Shown here piece by piece: positions 30,003 to 41,205 of a stretch of DNA of 64,000 nt (positions are counted from its first letter, which is position 1; every line of letters starts with the position of its first letter). The notes beneath the pieces were generated by a model. That model was given only the letters and a program-made list of their open reading frames with translations. It was not told the DNA's origin and did no database searches. Source of the stretch: Candidatus Latescibacterota bacterium (GTDB lineage: Bacteria; Latescibacterota; UBA2968; SICM01); contig CBDCJO010000002.1 of the NCBI GenBank assembly GCA_965217865.1, forward strand, positions 4,384,001 to 4,448,000, given 5' to 3'. Position numbers and translations under genes: made by a program.

Positions 30003-31256
30003 CTAAAAGGTGTCTCCCAAACAGACAAAGGGGTGCTGTAACGGAAAGAGGACAGAGATCCATTCCCGCAACTTTGAATCCGCATCCTGCCCCCCGCCGA
30101 TAAGCGAGGCATAATCCCGCGTTCCAAAGACCATCTGAACCAGTCCGATTTCAGGGAGGGTCACCCGCCAATCGCAATCCTGAATCAATTCGCCCGTGAT
30201 CACACCTTCCGGCCTAATTCGAAATCCGATACGGTCCCGCTCGGTAACGATGATCAGGTTGGCGGACTCACCATAGAGTGCTGAACCACGAACCCGTTCG
30301 GTGAAGACGTGCGTCAACCTGTCCATCAGCTCAGGTGCATCTATTATTTTTATCAGCAACTCCGAATCGAGGGTCTCTTCAAACACCGCTCCAAGATCGC
30401 GGTACTGGGTTCCAAGAGAGGTGTCTGAAGGGATCGATAACACGATCTCTTCGGAGCGCAGCGTTTTTGCGATTTCACCAACACGCCCCAAAAGGGCGGA
30501 GGCTGTCCGGCCCTCAATCACCCCCCCCTCGTGAATGTGCGTTCGCTTGGAACCTGAGAAAACCCGGACATATCCGGTGATTTCCCCATTGATCTCCGAG
30601 ATGAGGCAGGTTTCCCGTTCGGGCCGAAATGCGACGATTCTCTGGTTGCAAGATGCATAACTCAGGGGATGGCCGATCTCCAGTTGCCAGATCCACTGGG
30701 CGGTTTCCCGCTGAATGCAGGCCGTCCTGAGGGCATGTTCTTGATGGAAAAAGGTGGACAAGGCTCCCGCATCCTCAGGCCCGGCCTCCCGAAGGGGAAG
30801 ATCCGATATCTCCTGCACGGGAAGGGACATCCGGCCGAGGCTGCGACAACAGGCCTCTACATAACCGAATCGCCGATAAAAAGCGGAATCCCCCGAGAGG
30901 TGAGAGATCAGGCCGCCCCTTTCATGCGTGCGTGCGATCGCGTCCTGGATCAGGGAGGTCCCGATGCCACGGCTGCGATAATCTTTCCGGACAACAACAA
31001 AAGCGACGATCGCTGCGGGAATCGGAATACCGCAGACGCTCATCACTCTGGGGATGATCAGGGCGTGACCGATTATTTCACGCCCCACCTGACAGACCCG
31101 GGAACAGTCCGGGGTTACGCCTGTTCCACCCTCCATCAGGGAGCGATAGATGCGACCGTAGGCGGCCCCCATACCGGGTTGGAGGTCGAAGGATTCCCCG
31201 ATCAGATCTGAAATCGCATCGATGTCGCCCTGGGTCTCTACGCCCCGGGCGGGCAT
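30003..31256 (-). CDS. GNAT acetyltransferase, Eis-like multidomain
   Basis: VVVRKDYRSRGIGTSLI acetyl-CoA motif, FYRRFGY and an SCP2-like C-terminus. Confidence 0.82.
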   Translation of the reverse strand: MPARGVETQGDIDAISDLIGESFDLQPGMGAAYGRIYRSLMEGGTGVTPDCSRVCQVGREIIGHALIIPRVMSVCGIPIPAAIVAFVVVRKDYRSRGIGTSLIQDAIARTHERGGLISHLSGDSAFYRRFGYVEACCRSLGRMSLPVQEISDLPLREAGPEDAGALSTFFHQEHALRTACIQRETAQWIWQLEIGHPLSYASCNQRIVAFRPERETCLISEINGEITGYVRVFSGSKRTHIHEGGVIEGRTASALLGRVGEIAKTLRSEEIVLSIPSDTSLGTQYRDLGAVFEETLDSELLIKIIDAPELMDRLTHVFTERVRGSALYGESANLIIVTERDRIGFRIRPEGVITGELIQDCDWRVTLPEIGLVQMVFGTRDYASLIGGGQDADSKLREWISVLFPLQHPFVCLGDTF

Positions 31257-31278
31257 CGTTTCACCGAGCTCTGATATG

Positions 31279-31797
31279 CTACCAACCTCCGACTGCGGTA
31301 CGATCCACGATATCCTTGACCAGTATGGCAAAGGCAGCTCGTATCCCCAATTCCCGCTCCTCCTCCTGGTTTCCGCCCGCCTGGTAGATGCCGTAACCCG
31401 AAAGTCCCTTCTCTTCCCAAACGGTTTCCCCCTTTTTGGTATCGTAAAAAGAGACATTGACAGATACGATGACCCGATTCTGTTCTGCCTGCTCCTGTCC
31501 AGAAATTCCGCCATAGGTAAAGGGTTCATCTCGAATGTCAACCACACGCCCCTGGATGACAAAATCCGCTTGATCCTCATCCACGACCCTCATGTTGGCA
31601 TCCTGGACGAGCGCAACGATCAGGGTGTCTGTCAGACTTTCGTTGATTCCAAACTCCACCGTACTGTTCTCGAAGAGGGGTACGGCCAGGGTTCCTCCGC
31701 CGGACCGACCCGAACCTGAAGTGGAATAAACCCCACAGCCCCATAACAGGATTGTGCACAAGGAAAACTGAGCACCGATTTTACAGGAAATTTTCAT
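31279..31797 (-). CDS. lptE: LPS assembly lipoprotein LptE family
   Basis: Lipobox LWGC, GVYSTSG, TLAVPLFEN, ADFVIQGRV, and terminal GGW. Confidence 0.8.
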   Translation of the reverse strand: MKISCKIGAQFSLCTILLWGCGVYSTSGSGRSGGGTLAVPLFENSTVEFGINESLTDTLIVALVQDANMRVVDEDQADFVIQGRVVDIRDEPFTYGGISGQEQAEQNRVIVSVNVSFYDTKKGETVWEEKGLSGYGIYQAGGNQEEERELGIRAAFAILVKDIVDRTAVGGW

Positions 31798-31909
31798 CGT
31801 ATTGTCGAAAGTGAAATTTACAGTATTCAAAAACGATAAGCGCAATCACAAAGGGAGTCAACGGTTTTTATGCTGAGGAGAAGCCTTCGATGGGCAACCT
31901 GTTGAGGGT

Positions 31910-31946
31910 AAAAGAAGAGCCACCCCGCAAGTCGGAGTGGCTCTTC
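31910..31946 (-). terminator. Intrinsic terminator
   Basis: GAAGAGCCAC...GTGGCTCTTC stem followed by TTTT on the minus strand. Confidence 0.75.
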
Positions 31947-31990
31947 CTGAAAAGTTCGTCATGCCTGAACGGCCGACGAAAGGGGTCTGA

Positions 31991-33313
31991 TTAATCGTGA
32001 TCCTCCCTCAATCTCTCCAGGACCCTCTCCAACCTCTCTTTCATGTGGTGGATGGCATCTTCCACGCGCTCGGCCAGCTCACGATCCTTCGCGTGCTGAA
32101 GGAAGGATTCCAAAAAGGCAATGCCGGCCTCCAGTGCCTCTTTGCGGGCTTCGAGGACGGCATTGCGGGCTGTTCCAGCCTTTTCGAGGGCTTCGCCCAG
32201 GCCTTCGGGCATCTTGTCAGGATCGGGATACATCTCCATGATCCTCTCGAAGACCCTCCCCGGATCCCCGGGGGGCGGGCCATGTTGGCCTTGGTCTCCA
32301 GGTCCTCCGTTGCCGGGGCCGGGACCATGATCGCCCTCGTGTCCATCATCGCCTTCAGGACCGCGATCCCCCTCGTGCTCTTCCCTCATCCTGTCCATGA
32401 AGATTTTGAAGTCCTCACCGTTGATTTCGCCGTCATCGTTGAGGTCTTCAGCGCGGTCGCTTTTGATCCAGCGACCGAACACCCTGGCCAGCTGCTCAGG
32501 TGAGGGACCTCTTCCCTCTCCGGGACCGGGACCGCGATCACCCTCGTGTTCGTCGTCGCCTTCGGGATCGTGATCGCCTTCGCGTTCTTCCCTCATCTTG
32601 TCCATGAAGATTTTGAAGTCCTCACCGTTGATTTCGCCGTCATCGTTGAGGTCTTCAGCGCGGTCGCTTTTCATCCAGCGGTCGAACATCCTGGCCAACT
32701 GCTCAGGTGAGGGACCTCTGCCCTCTCCGGGCCCGGGACCGCGATCGCCTTCGTGTTCGTCGTCGCCTTCGGGACCGTGATCGTCATCCCCGCCACCTCC
32801 AGGAGGCCCAATATGAAGCTCTATACCCGGCTCGATTGCCTCAGAAGGATCTCGGCCGTGTTTGACCTCCACCTTTAAAATCATGAACCCGCCTCCCTTA
32901 TATTGGGGATGGGTGTTAAACGTGAAAGTACCAAGCAGGAGCAGATCCTCTGAGACGGGATTGGGCGGAAGCTGACCCCCCATTCCCGTGGCCACGGTAC
33001 GACGTACGGTCACCGGAAAGGTGACCGGAGTGGCGGGTCCGGGTGAGAAACCGATGGCCGTGGATGCGCCATCAACGGCACCGGGATCAAACTCGATTTG
33101 CGCGACGAATCCCGTCAGGTTTTCTGGACCGTGGGCGAACAGTTGGATCTTGACCGATTCGCCCGGAGGGACTTCAGCAAAATCGAGGCCCTGATCTCCA
33201 TCGGAAGGGTCCAGATCTGCCGAGATTCCAGTGGCATCCGCCCGGATGGCCCCGAAGACCGCGAAGGAAATCGCGGCAAACAGGATCAGCCAGCGGGGAA
33301 AGTCTCTTTTCAT
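31991..33313 (-). CDS. Secreted protein: cohesin-like domain, two 69-aa His/Asp/Gly-rich EF-hand-loop repeats, helical C-terminus
   Basis: SD GAGGAGG, signal peptide, ADLDPSDGDQG module, DLNDDGEINGEDF twice. Confidence 0.8.
   Translation of the reverse strand: MKRDFPRWLILFAAISFAVFGAIRADATGISADLDPSDGDQGLDFAEVPPGESVKIQLFAHGPENLTGFVAQIEFDPGAVDGASTAIGFSPGPATPVTFPVTVRRTVATGMGGQLPPNPVSEDLLLLGTFTFNTHPQYKGGGFMILKVEVKHGRDPSEAIEPGIELHIGPPGGGGDDDHGPEGDDEHEGDRGPGPGEGRGPSPEQLARMFDRWMKSDRAEDLNDDGEINGEDFKIFMDKMREEREGDHDPEGDDEHEGDRGPGPGEGRGPSPEQLARVFGRWIKSDRAEDLNDDGEINGEDFKIFMDRMREEHEGDRGPEGDDGHEGDHGPGPGNGGPGDQGQHGPPPGDPGRVFERIMEMYPDPDKMPEGLGEALEKAGTARNAVLEARKEALEAGIAFLESFLQHAKDRELAERVEDAIHHMKERLERVLERLREDHD
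32320..32783 (-). repeat. Intragenic 207-bp tandem duplication (about 2.2 units)
   Basis: TCCATGAAGATTTTGAAGTCCTCACCG occurs at 32394 and 32601. Confidence 0.9.
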
Positions 33314-33617
33314 TGTGTCCTCCTCTAAACGTGGCGAGATAAAGGCTGCCGAGAAGCTGGTCATCTCAGAGGGGTGATAGAGCAGTGGTGTGGGGAAACC
33401 ACCTCCTTCCGGTAGATCGAACAATAAGCCTGGGGATTAGCTTATGGTCTTTGAGCGCCAGTCCGACGACCATCTCACGCAGGTCGGGGCTCTACGCAGG
33501 ACAACTCATGGCGGACTGGCACCTTATGAACCACAACCAATATATTAAAATGAACCGAGAATAAAAAGGCCAAAATGACCCTTTGAAACGCGGGATCGAA
33601 CCGATAGTGACCCAACC

Positions 33618-36600
33618 CTAACCTGTAAAGGCACCCGCGAACTCAAAGAAGTCGCCGAACTCGACTTCGCCGCTCCGGTCCAGATCGAATTTTGGATCGA
33701 AGTCCGGATCGCCTGTTTTCGTTCCAAAGGCGTTGGCGAAATCGAAGAAGTCGGTGAAGTCGACCTTACCATCCCCGTTGAAGTCGGGGTTAGGCTCCCC
33801 AGCATCAGCGGAGCTTATCTCTATTTCCACCACAGATCCGAGGGTGAATTTCTCCTGTCCCGAACCCTTCCGGAGGCTCGCGGAGGTCAAGGTTATGGAT
33901 GCGGTTCCCACAAAATCCTCGTTTGCCTGGAAGCGTACGGTGGCCAACGTACCGTTGTCCTCCTCCGCGCCGGAACCCGCACCCAGGATCGACCCTCCGA
34001 CCTCGATGATTCCGTCACCCGGGTTGGGAAGCCCTGTGAGGCCCGGGATCAGACTTCCTTCTTCAAAGCTGACGTACATGAGTTCCTTCGGGTTATATTC
34101 CAGACTTGCGGTGAATCCCGTGGCTCCTATCGCTCCGGTCGTTGCCGCAACCTCGAGATCGAAAGCCTCTCCGGGCTGGAGTCCCGAGAGGGTCAGCAGC
34201 CCCTGAAACCCCGGAGAAAGGTCCAGGTCCAGAACGATGGGGTCATCTCCCCCGCCGGCGGTTTGGCCGGAGGAAAGGGTCGCCGAGGTCAACGGCCTGA
34301 TGACATCCTGTTGGGACGCCGAGAGGCCGCGCAGGGTAACGCTCGTGAGGGTGATCTTCGTCTCCCTTCCCGCACCGAAATCCTCGGCAAACCTGAATGT
34401 GATCCGCCCGAAAAGGCCCTCTTCCTCCTCCTCAAAGGTGACCACCGTACCCTGAGTGGGACCAAGGATCGACCCCCCGTACCTGATGCTGCCGTCCTTC
34501 AAAAGAGGCGGCAGAAAGAGAGGATTGCCGCCATTCAAGGCAAGGAGGTTTTCCTCGGAATCCGTTCCGCCTTGTGCGGAAACGAACTCAACCGCATCTG
34601 GATCGAAGTCCAGCTCCACGACAAATCCACCGGCGTTTGTGATCTCCTTTCCATAGATCAGGAGGTCCACCTCCTGCCCGGCCTCCGCCTCGGTCAGGGT
34701 GGTCAACCCCTGATTGCCTTCAGCTGGATCCAGATCGATCCCCATGGGGGATTCCCTGTTCTCTGTTGCCGCGGCACCTGTCGTGAAGGACAGGGTTCCG
34801 CTTATCGTTCCGCCGGATTGGACCCGATATTGATATACGGTCAAGGGTTCAAGATCGGCCAACAGTATACGGTGTTCCGTTGCGGAATCGTCTCCTTCCT
34901 GGGTCGAGCCAAGCTCACGAGTGGTCCCGTATTCTACGACGCCATCCGATTCCTGACTTGTTATCCACAACACGGCTGCTGTCGACGCGGTGATGTCCGT
35001 CACCACAGGACCAATGTCGATGGAAAGGGCATCAGATTCCGCGGTCGCGGGGAAGGATGTCAGGGTGGTCACCCCCGCGATCAATCCCGCGGACGCAGCG
35101 GTGACTTCGATCTTTCCGGCCACGGTCGTGGAGGTAATCACGGCCGATCCGATTCCTCCCTTGACAGGAATCTTCGATGGTTTCACGACCGCGGGGCCGT
35201 CGACGTTCAGGACGACAGAGGTCTCATTGTCCTGATCGCTAAGGGACCCATCGGGTTCGGTGATGGTAACGGTCAGCGTCGCGGTGGAGGTCCCGTCCGC
35301 GGGCAACGACGTGGTAGATGGGGTCACCTTGACCGCGCCCACCTGAGCGACCGGATCGGAAGACTCCGCCAATTGGACTTCGAGGGGTTCACCCGCTGAC
35401 GTATCCACGGATTGAATCGTCTCCTCCGAGAGCCCAGAACCCGCAGAGGGTTCTATCCTGATATCATAAACACCCGGCTGCACAACGACCCGGAAGAGGC
35501 CGTCGGAGGAGGTGATTGAGGAAAATGCCTTTCCGTCCGCTCCTGTTGCCGTCACGATCGCGCCCGAGACGGAGGCGTCGTCTGGCCCCGAGACCCGGCC
35601 GAGGACCGCCGTTCCCTCCTCTAGTGTAAAATCGAGGGTGAGATTCTGACCGACCTCGACGCCCTCTTCCAAGGCGGGTAAATACCCCCTTGCCACGGGG
35701 GGGTTGTAGCCGATGGTGTAGGTTCCGACGGGTAGTGCCACAGAATAAAATCCATCAACATTAGTGTTTGCAAAGCCTTCCGGACCGACACCCGCCAGAA
35801 TGAAGATCATCTCCACGTCACGAACGCCCCGATCCCCGGAAGGCGTCAGGATGCGGCCCGATAACACGACGCCGCGTTCCAGCGTCACGTTGAGCTCGTG
35901 GTCTGCTTCGATCAGGATGCTCTCGAACTCCTCGCGAACCAGGCCCCGGCCCTCCGGGGGATAAAACTCTACCCGGTAGGTCGCGGGGGGCAGGGCGACG
36001 GCATACTCCCCATCGATATTCGTTCCTCCGCCGAAGTGCTTGCCCGTCTCAGGATTGAAGACGCCCACCCCGACCCCATCCACGGCCGCTCCGCTGGCGT
36101 CGGTCACGCTCCCTTTCAGCGTGATCCCACGATCGAGGGGGATATCCAGGGTGAGATCCCCGGAGACTTCCACACCCTCGAGGTGATTGGGGATGAACCC
36201 GGATCCGGGAGGGGGATACGCCTCTAACTCGTAGGTACCGGGGGGGAGGGCGAGGCTGTAGAAACCCACCTCATCCGTACCCCTGCCGAAATTCTCACCC
36301 GATTCATCCCGACCGTTTATCCCGACGTGCGGGATTCCGTTCCCGTCCGGGTCTGTAACGCGACCGCTCACCACAAATCCGGTATCAAGCGTGAAGTCGA
36401 GTGTCAAATCCGAAGAGATATCGATCGAGGTCAGGCGCTTTGGGGTATGCGGGGATGCGGGGTCGAACGGGACGACGTTGATTTCGTAGGTTCCGGCCCC
36501 AAGACCGATTCCATAACTTCCGCCGGCGGAAGTGGAGGTCCCCACCCATTCCCTGTCCGATTCGTTGAACAGGTTGATCCCGATCTCCTCCAATCCCTGG

Positions 36601-38696
36601 CCGTCCGCATCGGTCACCTTTCCGGAAAGCCCAATTCCCTTTTGGATTGTCAAATTGCGCGGTTCTTCTCCTTCGGACACGGTTACGTCCTCTACGCGCG
36701 TTCGCTTCAACGTCGTTCCCCGCGGGGGATAGATTATTATCGTGTAGGTTCCGGCCGGGAGCGGAAAGTTGAAGAACCCCTGATCATCCGTGCCGGTCCC
36801 GCCTCGTCCTTCTCCCGCCACCTCCGCAGAGAGGTGAGCGAACGGGACCGGGTTTTCGTCGGGATCCAGCACCTGGCCCGTGAGCCCGATCTGAGTTTCC
36901 AAAGTGATGGGGAGGGTCAGGTCCATCACGACCCGAACATCGGGTATCTCCTTGAATCCGAGACGACTGTCCGGGGGTGGTCCGACGCTTATGACGTAGG
37001 TCCCCGGTGGAAGGACTTGACGGTATTCCCCGTTGGGGTCCGTGCCTGTCCCGAAGGACTCGTCCGTTTCGATGTTCCGCATGCTGACCCCGGCCTGGGC
37101 AATCCCCGCCCCGCTCGGTCCGGTCACCTGCCCGGAGAGGGTCAGACCGAGGGTGAGTGCCACGTCTAACAGTTCATCCCCATCCACGTCGATGTCCTTC
37201 AGGATCTGCCGGACATAAGGCGAACCCGGCTGGGGTTCGAATATCAGGTTGTAGGTCCCGGGTGGCAGGGCGATACTGTATGACCCGTCGAAGAACGACC
37301 GCGTCCCACTCACATACCGGAATTCTTCCCCGATAAAGGCGTTTATGAAGACGTCGGCGACCTCCACACCGGACGGATCGGTCACGATTCCGGAGATGGT
37401 CGCACCATCGTCGAGCTGGACGTCGAGGATCCGGGGCGCCGTCACATCGACATCTTCCACAACTTTCCTGACAAGCCGGCCGCCGAAGGGTTCGAAGAAG
37501 ACCGAATAGGTCCCGGGGCTCAACGGGATGCGATAACGCCCTTCCGGATCCACGGGCGCTCCGCCCCCGAATCCTTTTTCGCCCTCCGCGTGGACGTTCA
37601 CCTGGAGGACGGGGTTACCCTGGGCATCGGAGACCTGCCCCGACAGGGTCACGCCGCGTTCCAGTTCGATCTCAAGCTCCCGATCGGCCCTCACCTCGAC
37701 GGCACTGAGCCGCTTTTCGATCAGATCGCTTCCGAACCGGGGGTAGACGCTGATTTCGTAGTCGCCCGGGGGCATGGCCAGGAGATAGGTACCATCCGAA
37801 TGTATCCCGGTTCCGAAGTTATCCCTCGGTGGGGCGAAGGCATTGATCCATCCTTCGCGGACCGGATTTCCGTCCGGATCGATGACCCTCCCGGATAACA
37901 CGATCCCGCGGTCGAAGATCAGATCGAGGGTCTGGCTGTCCGTGAATTCAAACTCCTGGATCTCCTGGATCACGAATTCGCTTCCCTGCGGGGGTTCGGC
38001 ACGAAGGCCATAGGTCCCGGGAGGGAGGGCGAGCTGGTAGGTCCCGTCACGTTGGGTCTGGGTACCAAACCATTCACCCGTCTGGGGGTTGAAGACATTG
38101 ATTTGTACCTCGAACAGTCCCTCCCCATCGGGTCGGCTCGCCTGACCGGAGAGAATCAGGCCTTGGGTAAGCGTAATGTCGAGCGTCAGATCCGCGGTCA
38201 GGTTGACGTCGAGGATGGTTTCGCGAAGGAGTTCGCTTCCGCCCGGGGGTTCTGCGACCACCTCATACACGCCCGCAGGAAGGGGCAATCGGTAGGTTCC
38301 GTCCCTTTCGGTGCGAGCCCATCCCTCGTCCCCGTCGCTCCGGTCGCGATCCCCTGCGTGGACGTGGGCATCCTGCACAGGGTTTCCGTCCGGGCCTGTG
38401 ACCCTGCCTGAAAGGAGAATCCCTTCCTCGAGTACGATATCGAGGGTCCGAGCCTCTTTCACCTCCAATTGTTCTATGTTCTGGGGCACAAAGGCCGTGT
38501 TCTGGCGGGGTTGGATGTGGATGAAATAGATGTCGGGTCGAAGGGCGATGCTGTAGCGGCCGTCGAGATCGGTCTGCGATCCTCCTCCGAATCCCCTGTT
38601 GCTGCTCGCGTTCACGAAGACTTCCGGCAGGGGACTCCCAGCACGATCCGTGACGACCCCGGTCAGGAAGATACCGCGCTCCAGGGTGATGTCTAG
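33618..38696 (-). pseudogene. Giant surface protein truncated at its 5' end by the IS: 13 carboxypeptidase-regulatory-like repeats, Big_1-like, FN3-like, two cohesin-like and one dockerin-like module
   Basis: The frame is open from the IS flank CTAG at 38696 (LDITLERGIFLTG...). About 85-aa GxxLSGxVxDxxG...GxY repeats; C-terminal DFNGDGKVDFTDFFDFANAFG. Confidence 0.85.
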
Positions 38697-40222
38697 CAGC
38701 CCGTTGAAGAACTACCTTTCAACGCACATAAACGGAAAAGACGCCTGGAGTGCGGGTCAGATAAATCAAGGTAAGGAGATTGAGCAGGAGACGCTGATAA
38801 GAGGTTAAAAAGGTGACCGAGGGCAGCAAACGTGATTGTAGGACGAGCAGTAGACGCTGCAAGGCCTTGGCCAGGTCCTGGAGGGCCTTCGGAGTACCTA
38901 CGCCCATCACTTTGCGCATGAGCAGAGCCAGGTTGCAGCCCCCGATGTGGATCAGCAAACGCTTGAGGATATTGCCGCGGTCTCTCAAGTGCAACCTGCG
39001 CATGCCACCGGTATCATATGTGTGAGCGATGGTTCTTTCCACCCGTTCTGCACGACTTCGGCGCAAGGCCTTGCCGCGATCTCCCTTGATCCGGCGTCGA
39101 TTCGCATATACCGCGGCCTGCTCATCTCGTCGGCCGTTCCACTTGCGGCGTCCCCGATCCGGTTCTGAAATGTAACTCCGGATGCCGCCTTGCTTCAGAC
39201 TGGTCAATACATCGTTGCTATGATATCCTTTGTCCGCAACCACCTCCCGTATACGCTGTCTGTGCAAACGTTTGGCAGCTTTTTCGTCCTTCGCGACCTG
39301 CTTGAGATTGAGCTGCGCCTCGAGCAGCGTCCAGGGCAACGACCCGGTATCTCCTTCATCTGCTCCCGACAACGCCACTGCCACAATGGCATTGGTGTCC
39401 AGATCCACCGCGTGCTCCACCTTGTGCGCCATGTGCGTGCGACCGTCCTTCATCTTAGCGATCTTGGCATCCGGGTCGTGCGGGTGCTCCCAGTCCTGGT
39501 TCGATCCCTTCTTCGGTCGCTTCTTATCGATCTTGGACAAGTCCTCGCGGGTAGGCGTTTCAATGCCCGAGGCCTTGGCCAGATTCTCAAGGAATGCCTG
39601 GTAGCCTTCACCCGTGTCACGGCGTACAATGCTGCGCATCGCGGCGTTGGCCTCCAGTGTCGTAGCATCCACGCCCAACGTCTTCCCCTTCACCAGACCC
39701 GCTTTGCACAAGACCCTCAGGATCCACTTGAAAACCGCTTCGTGAACTTCCAAGGGAAGCCGATGCCGGATGCGAGACAGGCTGGAATGATCCGGGGTCT
39801 GTTCGTCAAGGGCATACCCCAAAAACCGGCGCAACGTCAGCGAGTCAGATACACGCCATTCGATCCCACGTTCCGAATCAAGTCCCTCGAAATACCCAAT
39901 CAAAAGCATCCGAAAATAAACCCCGGGCGGAATGCCCTTGCGACCCATATGAGGAGCGTAATACCGCTGGCAAAGCCCCTCGACGAACTCGTCGAAGCCG
40001 TTCGCCCCCAATACCTGATTCAGCTTCTCGTAGAACGGATGACCCGGAGATTTCACCAAAGTGTTCGATGCGATGAACAGGTTTTCCTGTCTCTGTCGTC
40101 CTCGTTTTCCCATTGCCATTTGCTCGTCCTCCCTTCTCAGTTTGAACCTGATATATCATAGGACCAAACCACAAGGAAAGACAACAGTCATCTTGGCATA
40201 AACGCACTTTTTCAACAGGCTG
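38697..40222 (-). mobile_element. IS1182/IS5-like element, copy 2
   Basis: Same IRs and length as copy 1, with CTAG flanks. Confidence 0.95.
38719..40119 (-). CDS. DDE transposase
   Basis: 466 aa, one residue different from copy 1. Confidence 0.95.
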   Translation of the reverse strand: MAMGKRGRQRQENLFIASNTLVKSPGHPFYEKLNQVLGANGFDEFVEGLCQRYYAPHMGRKGIPPGVYFRMLLIGYFEGLDSERGIEWRVSDSLTLRRFLGYALDEQTPDHSSLSRIRHRLPLEVHEAVFKWILRVLCKAGLVKGKTLGVDATTLEANAAMRSIVRRDTGEGYQAFLENLAKASGIETPTREDLSKIDKKRPKKGSNQDWEHPHDPDAKIAKMKDGRTHMAHKVEHAVDLDTNAIVAVALSGADEGDTGSLPWTLLEAQLNLKQVAKDEKAAKRLHRQRIREVVADKGYHSNDVLTSLKQGGIRSYISEPDRGRRKWNGRRDEQAAVYANRRRIKGDRGKALRRSRAERVERTIAHTYDTGGMRRLHLRDRGNILKRLLIHIGGCNLALLMRKVMGVGTPKALQDLAKALQRLLLVLQSRLLPSVTFLTSYQRLLLNLLTLIYLTRTPGVFSVYVR

Positions 40223-40315
40223 CTAGAGGTCGATCCGGTCTTTTCTGAGGAGACCTTCACCTTTGTCCCCCCCGACAAGGCGAAACTGGTCGAGCAATGG
40301 CAGCATGGCCATTAA
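40223..40315 (+). pseudogene. C-terminal fragment of a LolA-like protein
   Basis: LEVDPVFSEETFTFVPPDKAKLVEQWQHGH*, beginning exactly at the IS flank; FxFxPP is typical of LolA-fold C-termini. Confidence 0.5.
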
Positions 40316-40896
40316 ACGCTGCATACTTCAGGCGTCGTGCCTGCTGGGTGACATTACTCATAAAAGCCGGTGCCAAGGAGTAAGCCATTACAAAACTGTA
40401 GTTGGTCTTCTAAAAACTGAAATCTTCCAGAGGGCTGCTTGAATTATAAGCCGTCTTTTTTTGTCCGTTATAGGGCATTTTGAATGAAACCATTTCACAA
40501 AATATTTCTTTCGTCCGCTGGTTGTTGAGGTAGCAATCCAGGATGGTTTCCCGCCCCCGAATGGCTGCACCTGTCCCCCGGCAGACACGAGGCCCCGGAA
40601 GACGGTTGCTCCCATGATTTGGCCTATCAGCATTATTAGATTGTTAAAGAGCGTACTTCTGTTTTGCCTGCCGACCACGCCCGACTCTCCGACAAGCACT
40701 CCCCTCTTTCCTCGCTGATTCTACTTGATATCTGATATATCCCGCTGTACATTGCTCGCGCGGTTCGCATCTGAATAGGTGCGGCTTTTCGTTTGTCCCA
40801 ATAGCCGCTAACTTTCACCTCTGACGAAGACCAATTGGAGGGGCATTCGATAATCCAGCATCAGCCAAAAAGCCCGCAAGCTGTAACCGCAGAATC

Positions 40897-41169
40897 GTGA
40901 GGAGATGTCATGATATGCACTGGGCTTCAGACCACCGGAATCACCACAGGCTTGTGGACCAGTACGAACGGGATCCGTATTCTGCAGGACGGGGATTCTG
41001 GTTTTCTCACATGGCGTGGATCTTAAGGAAGCATGAAAGCAGCCGGGATGATTTTTCCAATGTCAAGGATCTGATGGCCAACCCGGTTGTTCGGTATGCG
41101 CTTGACAATACCGCCCGGGACAGCCATTTGCTGGCTTTCCTGACGTATGGAGCAGAGTATGGCGGATGA
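40897..41169 (+). pseudogene. Acyl-CoA (delta-9) fatty acid desaturase remnant
   Basis: WASDHRNHH His box, DPYSAGRGFWFSHMAW, then a jump to NTARDS...LTYG (internal deletion). No N-terminus. Confidence 0.75.
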
Positions 41170-41205
41170 GCTGGCCCGCATACGACAAACCGCACGAGAA
41201 ACAAC

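Noticed and set aside
34263-37898. Long plus-strand ORFs opposite the giant repeat gene
   Set aside because: These are antisense shadows of a GC-rich coding strand with no domain signal.
40320-40890. ORFs 40388-40699 and 40636-40818, and a TGAAACCATTTCA palindrome
   Set aside because: The ORFs have no motifs or SD support, and a single short LacI-like palindrome without a target gene is too weak.
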